Below are positions 10,489 to 19,316 of a DNA stretch of 38,181 nucleotides, piece after piece. A program made the position numbers and the translations under genes. The notes under the pieces were generated by a model. That model saw only the letters and a program-made list of their open reading frames with translations. It was not told the DNA's origin and made no database searches. Every line of letters starts with the position of its first letter. Within the stretch, counting starts at the first letter, position 1. Source of the stretch: an uncultured Rhodopirellula sp. (GTDB lineage: Bacteria; Planctomycetota; Planctomycetia; Pirellulales; Pirellulaceae); assembly GCA_964007735.1 (NCBI GenBank), contig CAXGAI010000042.1, positions 1-38,181 of the forward strand. The letters are read 5' to 3'.

Positions 10489-11355
10489 CTAATCCCTCAC
10501 ACTGAGATTTACGATCACGGGTAAATGATCCGATGGAAAGCGCCCATCGATCTTTTGAGGATCGATCAAGTGGCTGTTTACCGACAGCGTTTTATTTACA
10601 AAGATGTAGTCAATCCGCCTGTTCGGCACGACTGCACGAAAACCGCTCCACGTCGAATTTGGCCCTGTTCGTTTTTCGGTCAACCGATACGAGTCTAGCA
10701 AATGTCCTCCGAATTCAATTGCCTTATAAGGTTCAGATTCCGGAAGGCAATTAAAGTCCCCAATCAGCATCACTCCATCCAAATCATTCTTTTCCATCAT
10801 TTGAGCGACAAATGCACGAATAACCTTGCCACTGTTTTTTCTGGCTAGCGTGCCCACATGATCATAATGCACGCTGCCGGCAAGCAGAGAATCGCCGGAA
10901 ACACGATGTTCAAGAATGGCAAACGTAGCGATTCTAGGCAAGGCCGCATCCCAACCCTTGCTTCCTACTTCACGAGGGTTTTCACTTAGCCATACGGTCT
11001 CAGTCTTCACTAACCTGAAGTCTGACTTACGAAACACAACCGGTGCATACTCCCCTTTCGTTTTTCCATCGTCTCTACCAACGCCAACAAAACCATACTT
11101 TGGCAATGCCTGCTTTAACCAAACAAGCTGATGATTCTGTACTTCCTGCAGACCAGCAATCTGAACCTCATGTTTTTCAAAGACACTGGCTACCTTCGTC
11201 GCCCTCAGCTTCCAATTATCGAGACCATCGCGGGGATTATCGTACCGAATATTAAACGACATCACCTGAAGAGGTTCGGAGGCCACAACAGCGACAACGG
11301 GTAGCACCCAACATGCTAGAACAAACTTCGCAAACTTTTTAATAAGATCATTCAT
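10489..11355 (-). CDS. Secreted endonuclease/exonuclease/phosphatase (EEP) family protein
   Basis: SFNIRYD, GLQEV, GDFN, RIDYIF and PSDHLPV motifs. Start moved to ATG 11355 (MNDLIKK plus signal peptide), which overlaps the upstream stop (ATGAATGA). Confidence 0.92.
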   Translation of the reverse strand: MNDLIKKFAKFVLACWVLPVVAVVASEPLQVMSFNIRYDNPRDGLDNWKLRATKVASVFEKHEVQIAGLQEVQNHQLVWLKQALPKYGFVGVGRDDGKTKGEYAPVVFRKSDFRLVKTETVWLSENPREVGSKGWDAALPRIATFAILEHRVSGDSLLAGSVHYDHVGTLARKNSGKVIRAFVAQMMEKNDLDGVMLIGDFNCLPESEPYKAIEFGGHLLDSYRLTEKRTGPNSTWSGFRAVVPNRRIDYIFVNKTLSVNSHLIDPQKIDGRFPSDHLPVIVNLSVRD

Positions 11356-13123
11356 CCTGCAACACCCTTTTAAACTTTGCAAACATCTCCGCCTCTGCCC
11401 AGGCTTCCGAATTATTTGCTTCAGCAATGGCATCCAAAGCTTCGATAAAACTAGCTGCTATTGGCTTATTTTTAATCTTCACCAGTTTCTCAACACACTC
11501 AGCCGTCATCGCTTCCAGAGATTCAGCCTTCAGCCGATCCAGAGCAATCTGGGCTTTTCGACGCGCAACGCTGATATCTTCATTACCTGTAGCATCAGCC
11601 ACGAACTTTTCAAATGCCGCATACTCTGCAGCATCAATATTGCCGTCAGCCGACATCATGCACACCAACGCAAGGATAACAATTTCTTCATCCTCACCCA
11701 TCAATTCCGGCGGACGAATTTCCTGCGTCTTAGATTTTCCATCGGCCAGTAACGCATTCACATCCGGAAGTTGGGTATGCTCAGCGGACACTTCATAATA
11801 GGATGCCACTTCATATCCCATCATTCTGGCGAACAGGACTTCAGGCACTCGTCGAATGCGTTCGTTATAGTTACCTGCCCCTTCGTTATAAAAGGTACGT
11901 GCAATGGCAAGACGTTCTTCACACTCAACAAGATGGCCATGCAACTGCAACAACTGCCCATCCGCTTTTAGTTCGGGATAGTCTTCCCGCAATGCGAACA
12001 ACTGATTAATAACCTTATTCTGCGCCGTGGTAACATTCCCGGTGGAACCCACCAGTTGATCACTTGGAGCTTCTCCCTGTTGAATCTTCCCACTGCGAGC
12101 ATTCGCAACGAGTTCCTGTGTTTCCTTTTCATGTTTCAAAAAAGACTTACAGATTTCAACCAGATTCCCTATCAGATCATATCGTCGTTTAAGCTGAATA
12201 TCGATCAGACTCCACGCCCGTGCCAACCTGACCTTCGTGGACACTAAGCCATTAAATACATACACAACATACATCAAGGAAGTAATGAGTACTCCGAGCA
12301 AGCCGGACGGGATCATCCAGATCCAAATATCGTCATAATTATTCCCCATTAAGAGGCAACCGATCGACGCCGGACTAATGGCACATCCCGCGACGACCCC
12401 AATCCAGCCTCCCAGTACCATCCATCGATAACGACTGACCAACTGTTCTTCAGACTTTACGCTAATGAGATAAATCTCGTCTTCCTTTGCGATTTCAACA
12501 CGTGCAGTCTCATCCGCCAATCGTGCTGACCCAAGAACATACAATACATCTCCGTGAACAATCGCCCTTTCTTTGAAACGCCTTCTATAATTTGAGCCGC
12601 TAACTGAATAGGCAGGGCCTTTGCCGTAATAAAGCGAATTACCTGTACCGCAGGTAGCTTCAAAGACAACGTTCCCTTCCATTTCCGCCTCTTGAGGAAT
12701 GACGCGTACCTCTCCCGTCTCGTCAACCAAATCAAATTCAATTCGGTTACTCCCGGATGCAACGGTTTCCCACCCTGAATAGGTTTGCGTACGTGTATTC
12801 CCATCTTTGTCTGTGACCGTTCTCGTTCGGGTATAGTGCTCTTCAATTGAGTACGAATAATAACAGCACGGTTTTTCGCTAAGGTAACCGAACATATCAG
12901 CGACGAGAACGGCCGCCCCTTTCATCTCATTGAGCCCGATAAATACGCCTTTAACCGTAGAGGTAGGCGTATCTTCGATAAGTCGCTTTCGCTTCGTTCC
13001 TCGTGCGTAGAAAAAAATACTGAGGATCGCCAGTAATGTAGGCGCGATTCCTCCGATGATGCGCATCACCTCTTCGGATTCTTCATCAGCGAAGAAGTAC
13101 AGGGATTCGAAAATTTCCAACAT
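11348..13123 (-). CDS. Membrane protein: GIDE-like domain + LemA domain + C-terminal TerB-like domain
   Basis: TM helix, then IEDTPTS/CCYYSY/FDLVDETGEVRV/FKERAI..GDVLYVLG (GIDE-like). Two TMs follow, then AWSLIDIQLKRRYDLI, EDYPELKAD and ARTFYN (LemA), and finally MMSADGNIDAAE (TerB-like). The start at 13123 follows AAGGAAG. Confidence 0.85.
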   Translation of the reverse strand: MLEIFESLYFFADEESEEVMRIIGGIAPTLLAILSIFFYARGTKRKRLIEDTPTSTVKGVFIGLNEMKGAAVLVADMFGYLSEKPCCYYSYSIEEHYTRTRTVTDKDGNTRTQTYSGWETVASGSNRIEFDLVDETGEVRVIPQEAEMEGNVVFEATCGTGNSLYYGKGPAYSVSGSNYRRRFKERAIVHGDVLYVLGSARLADETARVEIAKEDEIYLISVKSEEQLVSRYRWMVLGGWIGVVAGCAISPASIGCLLMGNNYDDIWIWMIPSGLLGVLITSLMYVVYVFNGLVSTKVRLARAWSLIDIQLKRRYDLIGNLVEICKSFLKHEKETQELVANARSGKIQQGEAPSDQLVGSTGNVTTAQNKVINQLFALREDYPELKADGQLLQLHGHLVECEERLAIARTFYNEGAGNYNERIRRVPEVLFARMMGYEVASYYEVSAEHTQLPDVNALLADGKSKTQEIRPPELMGEDEEIVILALVCMMSADGNIDAAEYAAFEKFVADATGNEDISVARRKAQIALDRLKAESLEAMTAECVEKLVKIKNKPIAASFIEALDAIAEANNSEAWAEAEMFAKFKRVLQDE

Positions 13124-13275
13124 GAGCTTCCTTGAACCGAAATATGCGTGACCCGTCCTCTTTAGTGTACAAAACCCCCCGTAAATAAGCATCTCTACAA
13201 AACGACTTGTCATACCTACTTCGATACCCGTAAAATTTGAATTAGATGCACTTCAACTTCCGGAATTTCCAAACC

Positions 13276-14973
13276 ATGAAAAGACGTCGCAAACTCTCCG
13301 TAGACAAACTAGAGAAACGAATCGTTTTATCTGCTAGCCCCTGGCAAAACCCTATCGAGGCGATGGATGTTAACCACGATAGTTTCATCTCCCCAATCGA
13401 CGCATTACTGCCGATCAACATGATGAACGAATCGGGTTCTGAACAAATGCGTGACGTGGGTGCTCCTCCGATTCTGGCCGACATGATGGCAGAGGTGGAA
13501 AGCTACTACATGGATGCGAACGGGGATGGCTACCTGTCACCAGCCGATGCTCTCGGGGTCATCAACCTATTAGCTGAAGGCGAATACATGCAGGATTGGG
13601 GCCAGCAACTCCCGTTAGAGACCCATGACACCTTCCCCGACTCGCCCGACAATGCAGCTCAACTTGATCTGGACTGGGGCTACGCGTTTATCGAATCGGA
13701 AATCAACAATGCCTATGACGTGGATGCCTTTCAGTTTATCGCCTCAGATGATCGTGTCGCCATTGACATCTTTAACGAAGGAATCCCTCATGGTGTCGTG
13801 GTCGAACTGCTCAACCAGGACATGGAGTTGGTCGCTCGGGCAGAAAGCGGGGACGACTATCAATGGTGTGAAGGGAACATCGACGTTCCCGTCGAAGTCG
13901 AGACAACTTACTTCGTCATGGTCTCTGCCTATGATGCCGAGGATACAGGACATTACGTTCTTGACGTTTTCCAGTATGAAGACGACTGGTGGGAACCCGC
14001 CCATGATTCCGAACTGGGTGACGACATTCATGGGGATACAACCGAAGCAGCCACGACGCTCACGCTGGACGGGGGCTTTACTACGATCAATAGCTACATC
14101 GATCAGGCCGGAGATATCGATCAGTTCTCCGTTCAGGCCGATCAAGGTCAGTTATCGGTTTCCGTCTATCAGGGTGACTCCGATGAACTGCTACGAATTA
14201 GCGTGACTGACGCCGATGGGAACCTGATAGGGCTAACGCAAGGTGACGCCGAAGGAGCCTGGATTGAGCTAAGCGTTGAGGATGGAACCTATTACGTGGC
14301 CATCGAATCACTCGATTCGGACATATCGAGTTACACATTAGACGTCTCTCAATGGAACGATGAACCGTGGAAACTTGATGCCGACAGCGAGATGGGAATC
14401 GATATACACCCCGATGAAATCGGTCCGGACGCCACGTATCTGGAGAACATGGAGTACGACTACACACAGAATGTCAGCCACCTAGATTTTGAAGGTGATC
14501 TGGATGTCTACCAATTTGTAGCAGGAGACTCGTTTGCATCTGTCAGTGTCTACGCGAACAACTGGGAAGAGCAAAACTTCCCGGGAGTCACTGTGTATGA
14601 CGCAATAGGCATAGAGATGGAGCCTGTACTATCCTCAGAGTACGAAGACCTTTTTGATCCGTCCGACGAACTCTATGTGCGTGATCAGGATGTCTTTGAC
14701 TGGGAATGGGACGAATATCAAGATGAATACGAGCTAAGTGACTCACTCGATGAGGACGGATCTTACGATCCGGAAGATCCGGAACTGGTGATATGTTGGT
14801 TCTGGCCGGGTGGTATGTACCCTGTCACCGAAGGGGACACTTACTTCATCGAAGTTAACGGTGGGATCGATAATAACTTCAGCGGTCAATACACTCTTGA
14901 ACTAAGTTATTTTTCCCCCGATCCCTATGAGCCGTTTACAGACGATGGATTGGAAGAAAATTCTGACCGATGA
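13276..14973 (+). CDS. Highly acidic secreted protein: planctomycete export signature, dockerin-type domain and about 3 PPC-like beta-sandwich repeats
   Basis: MKRRRKLSVDKLEKRIVLSA, then WQNP...DVNHDSFISPIDAL...DANGDGYLSPADALGVINLL (paired EF-hand dockerin). Repeats have DxDxF/Y cores and TYYV...G.Y.L ends. The start may instead be 13246. Confidence 0.83.
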   Translation: MKRRRKLSVDKLEKRIVLSASPWQNPIEAMDVNHDSFISPIDALLPINMMNESGSEQMRDVGAPPILADMMAEVESYYMDANGDGYLSPADALGVINLLAEGEYMQDWGQQLPLETHDTFPDSPDNAAQLDLDWGYAFIESEINNAYDVDAFQFIASDDRVAIDIFNEGIPHGVVVELLNQDMELVARAESGDDYQWCEGNIDVPVEVETTYFVMVSAYDAEDTGHYVLDVFQYEDDWWEPAHDSELGDDIHGDTTEAATTLTLDGGFTTINSYIDQAGDIDQFSVQADQGQLSVSVYQGDSDELLRISVTDADGNLIGLTQGDAEGAWIELSVEDGTYYVAIESLDSDISSYTLDVSQWNDEPWKLDADSEMGIDIHPDEIGPDATYLENMEYDYTQNVSHLDFEGDLDVYQFVAGDSFASVSVYANNWEEQNFPGVTVYDAIGIEMEPVLSSEYEDLFDPSDELYVRDQDVFDWEWDEYQDEYELSDSLDEDGSYDPEDPELVICWFWPGGMYPVTEGDTYFIEVNGGIDNNFSGQYTLELSYFSPDPYEPFTDDGLEENSDR

Positions 14974-16361
14974 CCGGAATCGCTGATTCAAAACCTTCGG
15001 TCATCCAGAAGTATCTCACTCTCTGGTTCTCCCTCTCAGCCCCGGTGACACGGAGGCAATATATTGCAACTGGTTTTTCGCTGATGCTACTAAAGTACCT
15101 TGGCGAATACCTCATTATCTATTCCACGACAGGAAACACCTATCCGATCACAGCTTTTCTTAATCCTCTGCTTAAAGAGCGGATGAACGTGATCACCACG
15201 ATGACCCATTTCGTCCCATGGGTCCTCTTTATTTTCACATTCCCCTTCCTCTGGATCAGCATCTCGATGAGCGTGCGCCGTAGTGTTGCCGCAACGGGGT
15301 CATCCTCGCTGGGTTTGTTAATTCTCGTACCGTTTCTCAATTTCTTAATGATGCTGATCCTCTGCATACTGCCGGACAGCAAACCGCCTTCTCCGAAAAC
15401 AGATCACACTCTGACAAGCGTGACCCTGCCAAGCAAGCGGGTGCGTAGTGCTATTGGTGGCATGTTCATAAGTATTGCCAGTTCTTTGGTCCTTTATGCG
15501 CTTTCTATCACTGTCTTCAGGAGTTATGGGATTTTAATCTTTTTCGGTATGCCGGTTCTTATCGGCGTCGTGACAAGCTACATGTTCAACCGACATTCTT
15601 TACAATCCGTTGGGCAGTCTGTCATTGTTGCCGAATTGGGGATTCTTCTATGTTCCGGCACTCTGCTGCTCCTGGCTTTCGAAGGCTTCATCTGTATCGC
15701 AATGCTCTACCCCTTAGCTGCTGTGATTACGATCCTGGGCGCTATTATTGGGCGCAGCATGGCAGCCACGAACGCCTCGGGGGGCCATGTCACCATGTCC
15801 CTGCTGTGCTTACTTCCTTTACTTGCAGGTGCCGACATTGCAGATAACGACACGCCTGTGTACGAAGTGATTTCTTCGGTGATTGTGAATGCTCCCCCTG
15901 AAGAAGTCTGGCCAAACGTGATTGGATTTTCCGAACTGGATGCACCTCCAGCCTGGTACTTTGAACTCGGCATTGCCTATCCACTACGGGCAACGATTGA
16001 CGGTGAAGGAGTGGGGGCCATCCGACATTGCGAATTCTCCACCGGTCCGTTCGTGGAACCCGTCACAGTCTGGGACAAACCTAATCGACTCGCATTTGAC
16101 GTCATCGAACAACCGCGAGCTATGAACGAATTGAGTCCTTACCGCCATGTGCACCCACCTCACCTAGATGGTTATTTGAACTGCCGACGTGGTGAATTTC
16201 GACTTAAACGCCTGCCTGACAACCGAACGCTTTTGGAAGGAAGTACCTGGTATGAATTCAAAATGTACCCACAGGGCTACTGGACACTATGGAGCGATCT
16301 CAGCATCCACATGATTCACGAGCGAGTCCTGACTCATATTAAAAAGCTTTCTGAAAACTAA
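14970..16361 (+). CDS. DUF805-like membrane protein fused to a C-terminal SRPBCC/START-like domain
   Basis: VTRRQY, ISMSVRR and LVPFLNFL (DUF805-like); multiple TM helices; VIVNAPPEEVW...GVGAIRHCEFSTGPF...WDKPNRLAF (SRPBCC). ATGA overlap with the upstream gene. Confidence 0.8.
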   Translation: MTGIADSKPSVIQKYLTLWFSLSAPVTRRQYIATGFSLMLLKYLGEYLIIYSTTGNTYPITAFLNPLLKERMNVITTMTHFVPWVLFIFTFPFLWISISMSVRRSVAATGSSSLGLLILVPFLNFLMMLILCILPDSKPPSPKTDHTLTSVTLPSKRVRSAIGGMFISIASSLVLYALSITVFRSYGILIFFGMPVLIGVVTSYMFNRHSLQSVGQSVIVAELGILLCSGTLLLLAFEGFICIAMLYPLAAVITILGAIIGRSMAATNASGGHVTMSLLCLLPLLAGADIADNDTPVYEVISSVIVNAPPEEVWPNVIGFSELDAPPAWYFELGIAYPLRATIDGEGVGAIRHCEFSTGPFVEPVTVWDKPNRLAFDVIEQPRAMNELSPYRHVHPPHLDGYLNCRRGEFRLKRLPDNRTLLEGSTWYEFKMYPQGYWTLWSDLSIHMIHERVLTHIKKLSEN

Positions 16362-16416
16362 TCCCACATTTTCTTTTCTACGCGAAGGAACGCGCCCTTC
16401 CCCGTAAATAGCGTTC

Positions 16417-16422
16417 TATAAT
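16417..16422 (+). promoter_or_regulatory. Candidate sigma70 -10 box upstream of the PqaA-family gene
   Basis: Perfect TATAAT about 46 nt upstream of ATG 16469. No convincing -35 box. Confidence 0.35.
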
Positions 16423-16468
16423 ATTCAATATACGGTTTCATGATTGACGATTACCACCGAAACAAACC

Positions 16469-17797
16469 ATGCACAAACAACTCCTGCCATTACTTCTCGC
16501 TTCGTTGCTTGCACTATCTTCGACGGCCAAGGCTCAGCAATTAACCGACGTACTCCCCGTCGACGACAGCTATGCCTACGAAATCAAAGATGAATTTCGG
16601 ATCGGTGTCTGCAAGGCTCAGGTTGTACGTCTGACTTCACAAACCTGGCAGGGCAAACCATGGCAACACTGGTTAACGATCCTGAAACCAGACAATACCA
16701 GTCTCGAGGATGCCGCTATTTTGTTTATTTCCGGCGGGTCTTCCCAAAGCGGGCAGCCCGACGCCGGCAACGGAGAAGTCAAGCAATTTGCACTCATCGC
16801 TGCAATATGTCAAGTTCCTGTCGCCATCTTAAACCAAGTACCTAACCAGCCGCTTCAGGGTAAAAAATATGAAGACGATCTGATTGCTTATACGTTCGAC
16901 AAATATATGAACGGACTGGGGGAAGACTGGCCCTTGCTGCTGCCGATGGTCGAAAGTGCCGTCCGCGCCATGGACACCACGGCCGCAATTCTCAAAGAAC
17001 AAAGCGGAACAAATATTACACGATTTTCGGTCGCCGGAGCCTCTAAACGAGGCTGGACAACCTGGTTGACAAGTGCCGTCGACCCACGAGTCGTTTCGAT
17101 TGCCCCTATGGTCATCGATGTTCTAAATATGCCTGTCCAAATGAGGCAACAATTCCAATCCTATGGTCGCTACAGTCATATGATTACGCCATATCTCAAA
17201 TACAATTTCCCCGAACGAATGCTCAAAGGCGAAGGAAAGAAACTAACGGAGTTAGTTGATCCTTTCTCCTATCGCGAAAAGATCCAGATTCCAAAACTAA
17301 TCGTGCTTGGAACCAATGATCCTTACTGGACAGTGGATGCAAGCAGCATCTACTTCCCCGATTTGGTGGGACCCAAAAACCTTTACTACCTGCCCAATGG
17401 CGGACATGGTCTTGGCATTCAGGTGCTTCCAACCATGGCAACATTCTTCAAAAAGACTCTCAACAACCACACCTTGGAAAAGATGAAATGGGAGTTGGAC
17501 AGTAAGAATTACTTCCACGTAAAATGGACCGGCAAACCTCGCAACGTCCATCTCTGGAAAGCCCATAGTGCAACACGGGACTTTCGTGAAGCAAAATGGG
17601 AAAGCACCCGCTTGGAAGACATTACGAATTCCACAAAGAACTTACTTGAAGTACCTTCATCAGGTTACAACGCCTTCTTTATCGATTTAGAGTTCCCTGG
17701 TGCAGGAACCTTCTTTTATAACATTGCTACAGAAATTCAGGTTTTACCTAAGGGATTTGAATACGATCCACCGGAACCGCAGGGATCGGATAACTAA
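16469..17797 (+). CDS. PhoPQ-activated pathogenicity-related (PqaA) family serine hydrolase, secreted
   Basis: Signal peptide; LTSQTW, WQHWL, QVPNQPL, EDDLIAYT, LPMV.SAVRAMD, GASKRGWTTW, GTNDPYW and PNGGH motifs. Confidence 0.92.
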   Translation: MHKQLLPLLLASLLALSSTAKAQQLTDVLPVDDSYAYEIKDEFRIGVCKAQVVRLTSQTWQGKPWQHWLTILKPDNTSLEDAAILFISGGSSQSGQPDAGNGEVKQFALIAAICQVPVAILNQVPNQPLQGKKYEDDLIAYTFDKYMNGLGEDWPLLLPMVESAVRAMDTTAAILKEQSGTNITRFSVAGASKRGWTTWLTSAVDPRVVSIAPMVIDVLNMPVQMRQQFQSYGRYSHMITPYLKYNFPERMLKGEGKKLTELVDPFSYREKIQIPKLIVLGTNDPYWTVDASSIYFPDLVGPKNLYYLPNGGHGLGIQVLPTMATFFKKTLNNHTLEKMKWELDSKNYFHVKWTGKPRNVHLWKAHSATRDFREAKWESTRLEDITNSTKNLLEVPSSGYNAFFIDLEFPGAGTFFYNIATEIQVLPKGFEYDPPEPQGSDN

Positions 17798-17817
17798 CAC
17801 CGTCACTCCCAATCTAT

Positions 17818-18201
17818 TTAGCCTTCTGTATCCACGGCATAATCCTGCAGTTGTTCCAAATCAACAAATTCCAAAGTGGAAATATGCGTTGCTTCCAAAT
17901 TCACTTTCGGAGCTGCGTTGTGAAACAATGCTTCTTTCCAACGTTCAACACACAAGCACCACCTATCCCCGGGCTTAACCCCCGGAAACCCCCAGGCTGG
18001 CACGGCAGTCGAAAGGTCGTTCCCCACTGCTTTCGAAAAGGCTAGAAACTCAGCCGTTGCCTCGATACAAACCAGGTGCAAACCAACATCGTCAGCACCC
18101 GTATTACAACAACCGTCCCGATAAAATCCAGTCAGAGGATCCGTAGAGCAGGACTTAAGATCAGTTCCAAGAACGTTTTTTGCCGGCATATTTTTGTTCA
18201 C
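17818..18201 (-). CDS. DUF2237 family protein
   Basis: NVLGT.L..CSTDPLTGFYRDGCC, GNDLST, PGDRWCLC..RW and LEATH motifs. The start may be the ATG of MPAKNV. Confidence 0.92.
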   Translation of the reverse strand: MNKNMPAKNVLGTDLKSCSTDPLTGFYRDGCCNTGADDVGLHLVCIEATAEFLAFSKAVGNDLSTAVPAWGFPGVKPGDRWCLCVERWKEALFHNAAPKVNLEATHISTLEFVDLEQLQDYAVDTEG

Positions 18202-18348
18202 TTATAAGTTGTGTGGTTAGCATTGTTTTCTAACGTCTTATTACGCCGGACGCAACGCACCTACCTCCTTCTTTATCAGAAACGGTGTAGAATTACAGAC
18301 AAATAAAACCAACCATCTCTTTCCACTTTCCTTCGTGAGGAAATTACT

Positions 18349-19287
18349 GTGAGCTTAGATCGTCGCACTTTCATTCAATCATCGCTGGTAACCACTGCCG
18401 CTGGCCTAAGTTCCCTACCCTCGGCGGCATCGGCTGCCAAAGGAAATTCCAAGGTGAAGCCCAATCCAATCGCCGTCAGCACCTATTCCTACTGGCGTTA
18501 TCGAAAGGACACAAAGCTTCCCATCGAGGACTGCATCGACCTAGCTGCTGAAGCCGGTTTTGATGCAGTCGAAATCCTTCATGTTCAAATGACACGTGAG
18601 GACAATGCGTACCTACAGATGCTTAAGCAACGTGCTTTCGTCAATGGCTTAGACCTTTGTGGATTCTCAACACATCAGGGATTCGTATCTCCTGATCCGG
18701 AGTACCGCAAACGAAATATTGAACACACTTTAAAATGCATCGAAATGGCCTATAAGCTTGGTATCCCAACCATTCGGGTCAATACCGGTCGCTGGGGCAC
18801 CATTAAAAGCTTCGACGATTTAATGAAAGCCAAAGGGATCGAACCTCGTCTGGAAGGCTACACTGACGAGCAGGGTTTCGAGTGGGTCATAGACAGTCTG
18901 GAAAAATGCCTTCCGAAAGCGGAAGAATGTGGGGTAACCCTTGGTCTGGAGAACCACTGGGGGTTAGGGCGGACTGCTGAGGGAGTATTGAAAATTGTGA
19001 ATGCCATTGATTCACCGTGGCTACAGGTTACCGCAGACACCGGCAACTTCTTTGAACGCCAGTACGAACAGTTCGAAATGATGGCTCCCAAAACCGTCTA
19101 TGTACAAGCCAAAACCTACTTTGGTGGTGGTACCTGGTATACGCTAAACATTGATTACAACCGCGTTGCAAAGATCCTCAAAAACGCCAATTATCAGGGC
19201 TACATTTCGCTCGAATTCGAAGGAGAGGAATCACACGAGACTGCCATTCCCAAGAGTCTCAATCTTCTCAGAAAAGCATTTTCCTAA
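18349..19287 (+). CDS. Tat-exported sugar phosphate isomerase/epimerase (xylose isomerase-like TIM barrel)
   Basis: LDRRTFIQ Tat motif; AGFDAVE, LENHWG, DTGNF and YISLEFEG metal-binding pattern. GTG start follows GAGG. Confidence 0.9.
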   Translation: MSLDRRTFIQSSLVTTAAGLSSLPSAASAAKGNSKVKPNPIAVSTYSYWRYRKDTKLPIEDCIDLAAEAGFDAVEILHVQMTREDNAYLQMLKQRAFVNGLDLCGFSTHQGFVSPDPEYRKRNIEHTLKCIEMAYKLGIPTIRVNTGRWGTIKSFDDLMKAKGIEPRLEGYTDEQGFEWVIDSLEKCLPKAEECGVTLGLENHWGLGRTAEGVLKIVNAIDSPWLQVTADTGNFFERQYEQFEMMAPKTVYVQAKTYFGGGTWYTLNIDYNRVAKILKNANYQGYISLEFEGEESHETAIPKSLNLLRKAFS

Positions 19288-19316
19288 CATTCGGCTCTGC
19301 AACGAGATCGCCAACC

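Noticed and set aside
11356..11433. Long N-terminal extensions in track ORFs (also 13124-13213, 27270-27383 and 36750-36785)
   Set aside because: Downstream ATGs give better RBSs, signal peptides or coupled overlaps, so the extensions look like longest-ORF artefacts.
16379..16406. Imperfect hairpin (TACG-C-GAAGG...CCTTC-CC-CGTA) after the SRPBCC gene as a terminator
   Set aside because: The stem is weak and bulged, with no downstream U-tract on the plus strand.
16469..17797. PqaA as a sign of pathogenicity
   Set aside because: The family name is historical. Homologues are common in environmental bacteria and nothing else here suggests virulence.
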